Assembly: GCA_963804165.1 (NCBI GenBank)
Contig: CAWDPO010000024.1
Span: 174,098 to 238,097 of the forward strand
Length of the DNA stretch: 64,000 nt
Source of the DNA: an uncultured delta proteobacterium
Lineage (GTDB): Bacteria > Desulfobacterota > Binatia > UBA9968
Reading direction: 5' to 3'
Part shown: piece by piece, positions 54,971-64,000 of the stretch
Layout: each line of letters begins with the position of its first letter
How positions within the stretch are numbered: the stretch's first letter is position 1
The notes under the pieces: generated by a model
Told to the model about the DNA's origin: nothing
Seen by the model: the letters and a program-made list of their open reading frames with translations, nothing else
The model's database searches: none
Translations under genes and position numbers: made by a program

Positions 54971-56611
54971 GACATCTCCTTAGATTTTCGGTAGCGCCGA
55001 ATCAGGTTGTTCGTTGAACTGTCGTGCGTGAGAGCGGGGTCAGCTTTGCTCTCGAGTTCGGCGATAATGCGCTGTGCCAACACTTTGCCGAGCTCGACCC
55101 CCCACTGATCGAAGGAGTCGATGTTCCAAATGACGCCCTGGGTGAAAACCGAGTGCTCGTAGAGCGCGACGAGCTTGCCGAGTGTTTCCGGCGTAAGCCG
55201 TTCGGCAAGGATCGTGTTCGACGGGCGGTTGCCCTCGAAAACCCGGTGCGGCACGAGCCAATCCGGCGTGCCCTCCGCCTTGACTTCCTCGGCTGTCTTG
55301 CCGAATGCCAGTGCTTCGGTTTGAGCGAAGACGTTTGCCAGGAGCATGTCGTGGTGCCGGCCGAGCGGCTTGAGCGTCTTGTTGAACGCGATGAAGTCGC
55401 ATGGAATGAGTCTCGTTCCCTGATGAATCAACTGATAGAACGAGTGCTGGCCGTTGGTGCCCGGCTCGCCCCAGTAGATCGGCCCGGTATCGTAGGCGAC
55501 TTTGCTGCCATCGACGGTGACGTGTTTGCCGTTGCTCTCCATCGTCAACTGCTGCAAATAGGCTGGAAATCGGTTCAGGTATTGCTCGTAGGGCAACACC
55601 GCAACAGTCTGGGCGCCGAAGAAGTCGCTGTACCAAACCGCCAATAGCCCCATGAGGACCGGCAAGTTGCTCTGGAAGGTCGCCGTACGGAAGTGCTCGT
55701 CCATCTGATGGAAACCATCCAGCATCGCGCGAAAGTTATCCGGGCCGATCGCCAGCATCGTCGAAAGACCGATGGCCGAATCCATCGAGTAGCGGCCGCC
55801 AACCCAATCCCAGAAGCCGAACATGTTGTCCGTATCGATGCCGAACTTGGCGACTTCAGCCGCGTTGGTCGACACCGCGACAAAGTGCTTGGCGACGGAC
55901 TTTTCGTCGCCGCCGAGACCTGCGAGCGACCAGTCGCGCGCCGTATGCGCGTTGGTCATGGTTTCAAGGGTCGTGAAAGTCTTTGAAGAAATGATGAAGA
56001 GAGTTTCCTCCGGGTCGAGATCCTGAACCGCCTCAGCAAAGTCGGTCCCGTCAACGTTAGAGACGAACCGAAACGTCATGGCGCGCTCGCTGTAATGCTT
56101 CAGCCCTTCATAAGCCATCACCGGCCCCAGATCGGAGCCTCCGATGCCAATATTGATGACATTGCGAATGGGTTTGCCGGTGTGACCTTTCCAGGCGCCG
56201 CCTCGAACCCGCGTGGAAAAATCGGCCATCTTATCGAGGACAGCGTGGACCTGTGGTACCACGTTCTCGCCATCGACGATGATCGATGTTCCTCTCGGCG
56301 CGCGTAGGGCCACATGCAAGACCGCGCGGTTTTCCGTGACGTTGATCTTTTCGCCGCGGAACATGGCGTCGATGCGTTCGCGCAGGCCGGATTCATCGGC
56401 GAGCTGCAGGAGCAGCTTGAGGGTTTCGTCGGTGATGCAGATTCTTGGAGTAATCCAGGTATAAACCTACCGCTTCGGCCGTCATCCGCTCGCCGCGTTC
56501 CGGGTCGTCTGCAAAGAGCTTGCGCAGATGCAGCTCACGAACCTTCTGATAATGGGCTGCGAGACTCTTCCATTCCTGACGTTCCGCGAGTGGTTTTATT
56601 GAAGGGTTCAT
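54967..56611 (-). CDS. pgi: glucose-6-phosphate isomerase (frameshift near 56400-56440)
   Basis: [33 protein letters not shown] and [10 protein letters not shown]. Confidence 0.94.
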
Positions 56612-56699
56612 CTTTGAGTTCCTTTCTCCGTTCTAGTCGTCTTTCCCCGCGCTTTTTCTTTCCTTGCGCACAAAAAAAGATCCACGTTCGTCGTGTCTC

Positions 56700-58159
56700 C
56701 TACATTTGTTCCAGCGTTTTGCCTTTTGTCTCCTGCACAGCGGCCCACACGAAGGGCAGCGAGAGTACGGCGCCGATGGCGTAAAGCGCGTAAGTGCCTG
56801 CGAGACCGAGCGCGTTCAACAACGGTAGGAAAGTGACCGTAACGGCAAAGTTAGCGGACCAGTTGGTGGCACCCGAGACAGCCAGAGCCGCGCCGCGCAG
56901 CTGGTTGGGGAACATCTCGCCGAGCAGCACCCACATCACCGGCCCCCACGACACACCGAAGGCCACGATGTACAGATTCGCCGCAATAAGCCCCGCCAAC
57001 GCGGCCAAGTGATCGAGAATTGGTTTGCCGTCAACCGCTACTCCGGCTGTGGCGAATACGACGGCCATGGCGCCCAGAGTCAGAGCCATGCCGACCGATC
57101 CCGCTAGCAGCAACGGTTTGCGCCCCGTGCGGTCAATGAGCATGATGGCCGGGATCGTGGCGAGAATGTTGACGAAGCCCGTCAGCAGGTTAATGCGCAG
57201 GGCCCATTGTTCCGTCGCCCCCGCTGCCTTCCACAGGATCTCACCGTAATAAAAGATGATGTTGATACCGACGAACTGCTGGAACGCCGCCAGCCCCATT
57301 CCCACCCACACCACCGAGGCAAGCCTCGTGCCTGGAATAATCAGATCCGACAGGCGCGGTTGGTGTTCGGCCTTGAGGCTTTGCTCGACTTGCCGCACCA
57401 GTCCTTCGGCGTCGCCACCGATGCGCGCGAAGATTTGGCGTGCTTGCTCGTACTTGCCTCGGAAAATAAGAAAACGTGGCGACTCGGGAATGAAAAGGAC
57501 ACCCAACAGAAACGCGGCCGACGGCACCGCCTCCGTCCAGAACATCCAACGCCAGGCCGGCGCCCCCAGCCAAAAGACTGCGCCGGCTCCGCCAGCAACC
57601 GTCGCGAAAATGTAATTGCTCAGGAAAGCGCTGAACAGCCCCAGCACAATGGCCATTTGCTGTAGCGAGGCCAGTCGGCCGCGTAAATGTGCAGGGGCCA
57701 CCTCCGCAATGTACATTGGCGCCAGCACACTCGCCGCGCCGATGGCGAGCCCACCCACGATCCGCGCAGCGATGAAGAAGCCAGCCGATCCGGCCGCGCC
57801 GGTAGCAAATGCGCTGGCCAGAAACAAAACGGCATTCAGCAGCATGGTCGGGCGCCGACCGTGAAGGTTGGCGATTGTCCCCGCGACGAAGGCGCCGACA
57901 GCACAGCCGACCAGCACTGAAGCGACGGCGAAACCGGTGCCTGCCGCCCGCGTGCCGAAAGTGTTCGCCAAGGCATCCACGGCTCCGTTTATGACGCCGC
58001 TGTCGAAACCAAAAAGAAAGCCGCCGATCGCGGCTACAGAGCTCAGCATGATCACATAAGCAGAGCTAGCAGGGACGGCGTTAAACATCGCGGGAGCGCC
58101 CGTAGGCGGAGATACGCGACCGGTTAGTTCAGCTTGGATACCTTTTGTTGTTTCATTCA
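56700..58159 (-). CDS. MFS sugar porter (GlcP/XylE family)
   Basis: GGFLFGFDSGVI, GRR, PMYIAEVAP..RG, PESPR, QQFVGIN and ETKGKTLE. Confidence 0.92.
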
Positions 58160-58198
58160 TAGAAAAGTCTTTCCAACAAGGTCTCCCGTACGCCTCGT

Positions 58199-59530
58199 TC
58201 AAAAGTTGATCCCGGTCTGGAAGCCGATCACGACTGCGTTTGAAGTGCGGCCCGTGCCGCCCGGCCGGATGATGTACTGCAAGTCGGGCTGCAAAAAAAA
58301 CGAGTCTCCTCGAAACCGTAGGCGGTAAGTCGCCTCCAGCGCCGTCTCAAACCGCTGCACCGGCTGCCCCGCGCGCCGCTGAGAGTCTTGCAGGTCATTG
58401 CTGAAGTGGCCGAAAACGACGCCGAACCCACCCACATCCGTGGGGCGCGACGGGAAAATGCCGCGAACTAGGAAGCCGGCCGTGGAAAAGAAAGGCAACT
58501 GACTTACGGACTGATCGGGAGAAATCATTAGCGAGCCGGTTACGCCGAAACCACGGTTGCTGCCACGCTCGCCAAACCGAACCAGCACTTGGTCGAACAG
58601 ACCATACAAGCCCCAGTTACCTCTATTGGAGTGGGTGGAGTGGACGCGCGCGACGGTTTTGAAGTCAGTGAAGCGGCTGTTGTCATACCAGACCCCGGCC
58701 TTGTAGTTACCGAGCAGCCCTTGGTCGCCCGGGAGCCCGTTGGTTTGGTATCCAATTTCCCCAATGGTGAATAGCGGCCCTGTCATTGACCAATCCAGGC
58801 CATGATGTCTGTCGTCGCGGATGGCGGGATCTCCGTTATACCAACCGCCCATGATGTAACTGCGCTCGGTTGGTCTCCCCTTGACGAGAGCGCCCCAGGT
58901 AGCGTTGGGATAGGCGGTCATGCCAGGAGAGTTGAAGAAAATACCTACCGGATTGCCGTCAAAGCCGTTTTGCACGAACACGTAGTTGTACGGTGACACG
59001 AGGAAATCGTCGCCAGCGGCGATACGGCCGACGCGGAAACTAAGGCGGTCATCAAATAGCTGCTGGCGGTAGGCGACATCGACAACCCGGAACGTTGCGC
59101 CGCAACAGACCTGCTGCACGTTGAAAACGTTGCCAATATATTTTTGCGAAAGGCTGGAGCCAAAGCGGTATGAAGTCGAGATCTCGAGTGACCCGCCGTT
59201 GGGCCCGTAGAGTTTCTCCAAATTGAACAGCAGGTCCACGCCCAAGTTGTTGAACGCTGTGAAGCTTTGCCGCTTGCCACCAGTCGGATTGCCGAGGGCG
59301 TCAGTAACGAACGTCACGGTCGGGGTGATACCGCGATCCTCGAGCCAGCTGCGCATGCCGTACCAGTCTCCCAGCAGGTGCTCTCTCGGCAGGATTAGTT
59401 GGAAGGGCGTATCTGCTATGGGCCGTGTTCCCCCGGGCGCCTGGGAAGTGTCCTGGGCCTGGGCTAAAGCCGGCGAGCAAAAAATTACGACGATGACAGT
59501 AGAAACGCGAATCTGGGACTTTGTGCTCAT
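58199..59530 (-). CDS. oprB: carbohydrate-selective porin, OprB family
   Basis: LLGDW.G.R..L.D.GI, NPTGG, LQPDLQYI..PG and a C-terminal F. Confidence 0.85.
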   Translation of the reverse strand: MSTKSQIRVSTVIVVIFCSPALAQAQDTSQAPGGTRPIADTPFQLILPREHLLGDWYGMRSWLEDRGITPTVTFVTDALGNPTGGKRQSFTAFNNLGVDLLFNLEKLYGPNGGSLEISTSYRFGSSLSQKYIGNVFNVQQVCCGATFRVVDVAYRQQLFDDRLSFRVGRIAAGDDFLVSPYNYVFVQNGFDGNPVGIFFNSPGMTAYPNATWGALVKGRPTERSYIMGGWYNGDPAIRDDRHHGLDWSMTGPLFTIGEIGYQTNGLPGDQGLLGNYKAGVWYDNSRFTDFKTVARVHSTHSNRGNWGLYGLFDQVLVRFGERGSNRGFGVTGSLMISPDQSVSQLPFFSTAGFLVRGIFPSRPTDVGGFGVVFGHFSNDLQDSQRRAGQPVQRFETALEATYRLRFRGDSFFLQPDLQYIIRPGGTGRTSNAVVIGFQTGINF

Positions 59531-59540
59531 GAGAATTTGC

Positions 59541-60248
59541 TCAAGATTTCCAGTGGCTATCAAAACGAGCCTTTCCGGAAGTCGAAGCATTGCGCCGGCT
59601 CGTTTTCTGCCACAGGCGAAAGCCGCCCACGAACGCATTGGCGTTCGCCCCCGCGCGAGTTCCTTTAGGTAGCTCTTTCAGGTTTTTTACGTTGCCGCCG
59701 CCAATAACCACGTCGTCCGGCTCGAGAGCGGCGATCAGAAGCTGCACCACGTCCGCGACATGCCGCCGCCACTTCTTCTTGCCTCGTTTTTCCAAACCGC
59801 GCACGCCGACGTAATCTTCATAAGTTCCTTTCTTGTAAGGTAGATGAGCCAGTTCCATCGGCTCGATGATATTATCGACGATCATCGTGGAACCCAGACC
59901 AGTCCCAAGCCCGAGGAAGAGCATCTTCCCACGCTTGTAGCTCCCTAGCGCTTGCATCGCCGCGTCGTTCACGACTTTAACCGGTCGTTTGAATGCAGCC
60001 TTAAAGTCAAATCCCACCCAGCCGCGTCCGAGGTTATGCGGTTCGGCAAGCGGGCAATTTTTAACAACCGGACCCGGGTACCCGATCGACACCGCGCCAT
60101 ACTTCCAATCCTCGGCGAGCTTCTTGACTCCGGCAACCATACGCTTCGGCGTGAGTGTCGGCCCGGATGGAAATTCGCGCATCACTTCTTGTCCGCTAGC
60201 GAGAATCTTCACGTGAGTCCCGCCAACATCGATCACCAAAACATTCAC
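59541..60248 (-). CDS. ROK-family polyphosphate/ATP glucokinase-like protein
   Basis: IDVGGTHVK, IGYPG, NDAAMQALG, GLGTGLGS and GGGN. Confidence 0.85.
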   Translation of the reverse strand: MNVLVIDVGGTHVKILASGQEVMREFPSGPTLTPKRMVAGVKKLAEDWKYGAVSIGYPGPVVKNCPLAEPHNLGRGWVGFDFKAAFKRPVKVVNDAAMQALGSYKRGKMLFLGLGTGLGSTMIVDNIIEPMELAHLPYKKGTYEDYVGVRGLEKRGKKKWRRHVADVVQLLIAALEPDDVVIGGGNVKNLKELPKGTRAGANANAFVGGFRLWQKTSRRNASTSGKARFDSHWKS

Positions 60249-60321
60249 ATTGCATCCCTTTGTGCGAAAGGTTCTTCTTCGTGCCTTCGTGCGCTTCGTG
60301 GTGTGGACCGACTACGCTGCA

Positions 60322-61407
60322 TCAGCTCGCTTTCGCAAGGCTGGCGCTCTTCGACGCGATAACACCCATGAGATCGTTCCACGAATTGACGAAGGACTTG
60401 GCCCCTTCGTCCTGCAGCGTCGCTGCCAATGCAAAGACGTCAACACGGGCCGCGCGGAACTGGTCCAATAACGATTCGCAATCGCCGCCATCGGCCGACA
60501 TGATTTCGTTGACCTCACCGTGATCGGCGAGGGCTTTCAAAGTTCCCTCGGGCATCGTGTTCACGGTGAACGGTGCAGCGAGCTCCTTGATGTAGAGGAC
60601 GTCAGAGGCCTTGGGATCTTTGGTTCCCGTGCTCGCCCACAGCAGACGCTGCGGACGGGCGCCGGAGTTATAGATGCGCTGCCACCGAGGCGAGCCCAGC
60701 AACTCGCGGTACGCTTTGTAGGTGCGCTTAGCGATAGCGATACCGAGCTTGTTCTGAAGCGCGGCAGGCACCTTGCCGCCGACGGAAGCGTCCCAACGGC
60801 TGACAAAAACCGAAGCTACGGAACCGACTTCGGGCTTGAGTCCGGCGTCGATGCGCCGCTCGATGCCGCGCAAGAAAGCCTCGGCCGCCGCAACGTAGTG
60901 CTCGCGGGAAAACAAGAGCGTCACGTTGATAGGGATGCCGGCGAAAATCGCCTCTTCGATGGCAGGCAATCCCTCCTTGGTGCCTGGAATTTTGATTAAT
61001 AGATTTGGACGGCCCGCCCGGGCGTGCAGACTCTTGGCCGCAGCGAGAGTGCTAGCCGTGTCGTGAGCCAGCAGTGGTGAAACCTCCAACGACACCCAGC
61101 CGTCGACGCCGTCGGTCCGGTCATAGATGGGTCTGAACAGATCGGCGGCTCGCGTGAGATCCTCGAGTGCCAGCTCGAAGAACAGATCCTCTCCCGACTT
61201 ACCCTCGTCGAGCTTTTTCCGGATCGCGACATCGTAGGTGCTGCTGTTTTTGATCGCGTGATCGAAGATCGTCGGATTCGAAGTGAGCCCGGTTACCGAG
61301 AGCTCGTCAATGTAGCGTTTCAGTGTCCCGCTGTTGAGCAAATCGCGCGTGATGTTATCGAGCCAGAGACTCTGGCCCAGGTTGTGGAGCAATTGGGTCG
61401 CCTTCAT
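60322..61407 (-). CDS. tal: transaldolase
   Basis: GQSLWLDNI, GLTSNPTIF, IKIPGT, NVTLLFS and RLLWASTG. Confidence 0.94.
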   Translation of the reverse strand: MKATQLLHNLGQSLWLDNITRDLLNSGTLKRYIDELSVTGLTSNPTIFDHAIKNSSTYDVAIRKKLDEGKSGEDLFFELALEDLTRAADLFRPIYDRTDGVDGWVSLEVSPLLAHDTASTLAAAKSLHARAGRPNLLIKIPGTKEGLPAIEEAIFAGIPINVTLLFSREHYVAAAEAFLRGIERRIDAGLKPEVGSVASVFVSRWDASVGGKVPAALQNKLGIAIAKRTYKAYRELLGSPRWQRIYNSGARPQRLLWASTGTKDPKASDVLYIKELAAPFTVNTMPEGTLKALADHGEVNEIMSADGGDCESLLDQFRAARVDVFALAATLQDEGAKSFVNSWNDLMGVIASKSASLAKAS

Positions 61408-61411
61408 AATT

Positions 61412-62110
61412 TCACCTCCGGAGAGATTTGGATTGATTGTTGTCCGCGAGCAGTGCTGCCAGATCATAGTCAAGTAGGTCGCCGATGCGCTCCACGGTCA
61501 GGTCCGCGGGCGGACATGCGGCGACAACGCTCGGGTCGTGAGCATACTGACCTTGACGCGGGAATACGGTAGTTACGCGGCCACCCCAGATTTTCTTGAC
61601 CGCGGCCAGAATACGCGGCTTGTCGTCCACGAGGACATAGTGCTCAGCCGGGTAACGCTGCTCGACGTCATCCAGCGCCTCTTCTTTGTGAATGTAGACG
61701 AGCACGTGGCCTTCTACAGCTTCGAAGATGCCGGAGCGTTCGATCTTGCGCGGTTGAAAAACCACGTCGCCGTCCGAGAGGATGACCGTCTGCCCCCATG
61801 AGCGGAACCGCTCAAGGACATCGAGCGAGCCGGGATAGAGACGATTGGCGAACGGATAGTCCACCTGGAACGATGACATAGTGAGCAGGTGAGGATCTCT
61901 AGGGTGCTCGACCCGGTAGCGCTGAAGAGCGCCGAGATAATCGCGGTAACCAAGATCAGTCAAGAGCTGTTCGAGGATCGCCCAGTACCGGTCGCGGCAG
62001 GCAACGCCGAACTCACGTTCAAGGTGGCGCTTCAAGTCGTTCTGGATATGGTCGTTGTTGAGTAACGTGTTGTCGACGTCAACCAGAAATACTATTGGGC
62101 TCGGAATCAT
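61412..62110 (-). CDS. HAD-family hydrolase
   Basis: DVDNTL, LSDGD and VDDK motifs. Confidence 0.8.
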   Translation of the reverse strand: MIPSPIVFLVDVDNTLLNNDHIQNDLKRHLEREFGVACRDRYWAILEQLLTDLGYRDYLGALQRYRVEHPRDPHLLTMSSFQVDYPFANRLYPGSLDVLERFRSWGQTVILSDGDVVFQPRKIERSGIFEAVEGHVLVYIHKEEALDDVEQRYPAEHYVLVDDKPRILAAVKKIWGGRVTTVFPRQGQYAHDPSVVAACPPADLTVERIGDLLDYDLAALLADNNQSKSLRR

Positions 62111-63690
62111 GGCGTGGCCTCCGCCATTTCTCTTGTCAGCGGAGTTGAAGCAGTCAACAGACGGTTCGAGCTTCCTGTCAGGGCCCGCAGTGAGTGAAAG
62201 TCCGCAGCCGCCAACATCTTTTCAGTGCAGCGCCACATCCAGTTCCCGTCCGCACGACCCGGAACATTCATTCGGCCCTCGGGTCCAAGATTGAGCAGAT
62301 CCTGGAGAGGAGCGATGGTGAGCGCTGACACCGAGGACCACGCCAGGCGCATCAAGTCCCAGGCGACATCCCGGCTTTCACCCTGCGGCGATTTGAGATA
62401 GCGCCACAAGTTTTGCCGTTGGTCCGTTGGCAGTTCTTCATACCATTCGCGGCTCGAGGGATTGTCGTGCGTGCCGGTATATACCACTGTGTCATAGACA
62501 TGATTGTGAGGAAGATGCGGGTTATCTGAATGGCCGTCGAAAGCAAACTGCAGCACGCGTGTGCCCGCCAGATGGAACTGGTCACGCAGCGCATGCACGT
62601 CCGGCGTGATCAATCCCAGATCCTCAGCGATAAACGGTAGTACGCCTAACTCTCTCTGAACTGCGCTGAAGAAATCAGCGCCCGGACCTGCCTGCCAATG
62701 CCCGGACTTCGCTGTCGTTGCTCCGGCCGGTACATGCCAGGCTGCCGCGAATCCTCGAAAATGATCCAGCCGAACCATATCCACGTGGGCGAGCAGCGCA
62801 CGTAGGCGATCGATGCACCAGCGATAACCGGTCTGACGCAGCGCCTCCCAGTTGTAGACGGGATTGCCCCAGAGCTGTCCATTGGAACTGAAATAATCGG
62901 GAGGCACGCCGGCAACGAACCGCGGCCTGTAACGTTCGTCCAGTAGAAACAGCTCCGGGTTGGCCCAAACGTCGCTCGAGTCACGAGAAACAAAAAAAGG
63001 CAGATCACCAATCAGGCGCACACCCTTAGCCCGGGCGTGCCTCTTTAGGCGTTCGCCCTGGCGAAACAGCAGGAATTGAGCAAAGCAAACTTGATCGATT
63101 TCGCTTGCCAGATCGCGGCGGGCCCGGGCTAAAGCTTCAGGCACGCGCGTCACCAACTCCACTGGCCAATCGAGGTAGTAAGCGTCGCTATATTTGGCTT
63201 TTAACACTCGAAACAGCGCGTAATCTTCTAGCCAGTTCCTTTGGTCTTGGCAGAACTCCTCGAAGTCATCTTTTAATACTGAAGGCGCGCCGGCACTAAA
63301 GTTGGTCCAAGCTCTGGCCAGCAACCGGCGTTTGAAAGTGATCACCGCTGGATAATCGACAGCAGTTTCCGAAAACGAAACTGGCGCACAGTCGCTTGCG
63401 CGCAATAACCCATCTTCGATCAGCCAGTCTGGGCTGATTAGAAGTCCATTACCGGCGCAAGACGATAGCGACTGATACGGAGAGTTGCCATAACCCGTTG
63501 GGCCTAGCGGCAACGATTGCCACCACCTTTGTTCTGCCTCATTCAGTTGATCGATCCACTTGATCGCAGTCGGTCCCACGTCGCCGATCCCGTATGATGA
63601 GGGCAACGATGTAACGTGCAAAAGCAAACCGGACGCGCGGTATTGCGGCGGAAACGACGACAGGCTCACCGGGCGAATATCGTGACTCAT
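62107..63690 (-). CDS. malQ: 4-alpha-glucanotransferase (amylomaltase)
   Basis: RASGLLLH.TSLP, GVPPDYFS..GQLWGNP, RLDHFRG, AEDLG and YTGTHDN. Confidence 0.95.
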   Translation of the reverse strand: MSHDIRPVSLSSFPPQYRASGLLLHVTSLPSSYGIGDVGPTAIKWIDQLNEAEQRWWQSLPLGPTGYGNSPYQSLSSCAGNGLLISPDWLIEDGLLRASDCAPVSFSETAVDYPAVITFKRRLLARAWTNFSAGAPSVLKDDFEEFCQDQRNWLEDYALFRVLKAKYSDAYYLDWPVELVTRVPEALARARRDLASEIDQVCFAQFLLFRQGERLKRHARAKGVRLIGDLPFFVSRDSSDVWANPELFLLDERYRPRFVAGVPPDYFSSNGQLWGNPVYNWEALRQTGYRWCIDRLRALLAHVDMVRLDHFRGFAAAWHVPAGATTAKSGHWQAGPGADFFSAVQRELGVLPFIAEDLGLITPDVHALRDQFHLAGTRVLQFAFDGHSDNPHLPHNHVYDTVVYTGTHDNPSSREWYEELPTDQRQNLWRYLKSPQGESRDVAWDLMRLAWSSVSALTIAPLQDLLNLGPEGRMNVPGRADGNWMWRCTEKMLAAADFHSLRALTGSSNRLLTASTPLTREMAEATP

Positions 63691-64000
63691 CAGCGCGCCT
63701 CCCGCTGCCGGTGAGGTGAACCAGCGGACTCCAGTGCCTCGTTCACGATCTCCTGAGCTTCATTCACGATAGCCGTCAGGTGGTGCTGATCCTTAAAACT
63801 CTCCGCATAGATCTTGTAGATGTTCTCCGTGCCGGACGGACGGGCGGCGAACCAGCCATTGTCGGTCACAACCTTGAGGCCGCCGATCGGTGCGCCGTCA
63901 CCGGGGGCACAAGTCAGTTTATTTCTGATCGGCTTGCCGGCAAGGCTCGAAGTCGCAACCGCCTCCGGTGATAATTTTTCCAGCCTTGCCTTCTGCTCCG
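63690..64000 (-). CDS. pgm: phosphoglucomutase, C-terminal part (runs off window)
   Basis: Minus frame [12 protein letters not shown]...[31 protein letters not shown]; the TGA overlaps the malQ ATG. Confidence 0.9.
   Translation of the reverse strand, partial: EQKARLEKLSPEAVATSSLAGKPIRNKLTCAPGDGAPIGGLKVVTDNGWFAARPSGTENIYKIYAESFKDQHHLTAIVNEAQEIVNEALESAGSPHRQREAR

Noticed and set aside
33300-63300. Numerous plus-strand ORFs of 60-270 aa opposite real genes
   Set aside because: Antisense shadow frames expected in GC-rich coding DNA.

Overview
GC-rich bacterial DNA with many scattered 1-nt frameshifts, probably a low-coverage long-read consensus. The run of orphan NMT1/SsuA-type binding proteins and intergenic palindromic repeats suggests Candidatus Binatia (Binatota); this is inference only. 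Block 1 (1-8.3 kb): a 5'-truncated pstC/pstA paralog, an integron-type gene cassette (NKWYS-family gene plus attC, no intI in the window), a Pho-box-preceded pstSCAB operon ending in a phosphonoacetate-hydrolase-like gene, and a sigma54-preceded 44-aa membrane ORF. Block 2 (8.4-27.5 kb): a catabolic cluster of unknown substrate with a NicX/M29-like metalloenzyme, five orphan ABC binding proteins, a heme-oxygenase-like di-iron enzyme, an FAD oxidoreductase, a ComE/ComD-like TPP enzyme, two DUF3891 genes plus a remnant third, two SDRs, a CoxMSL-type Mo hydroxylase and an amidohydrolase. tRNA-Sec (selC) follows at 27683-27777, with integrase-arm-like repeats just downstream. Block 3 (27.9-64 kb, minus strand) looks like an island: decayed genes and dps near the tRNA, a succinate-semialdehyde dehydrogenase gene cleanly split by a ~9.76-kb insert (pirin, fused cysteine hydrolase/alpha-beta hydrolase, SDR, RND pump), and a long pgm-malQ-HAD-tal-ROK-oprB-sugar porter-pgi-fba-rpe-gnd-zwf-pgl-tkt-glgX-rpmE2-ALS gene run. 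No CRISPR array, rRNA, transposase or integrase gene is recognisable.
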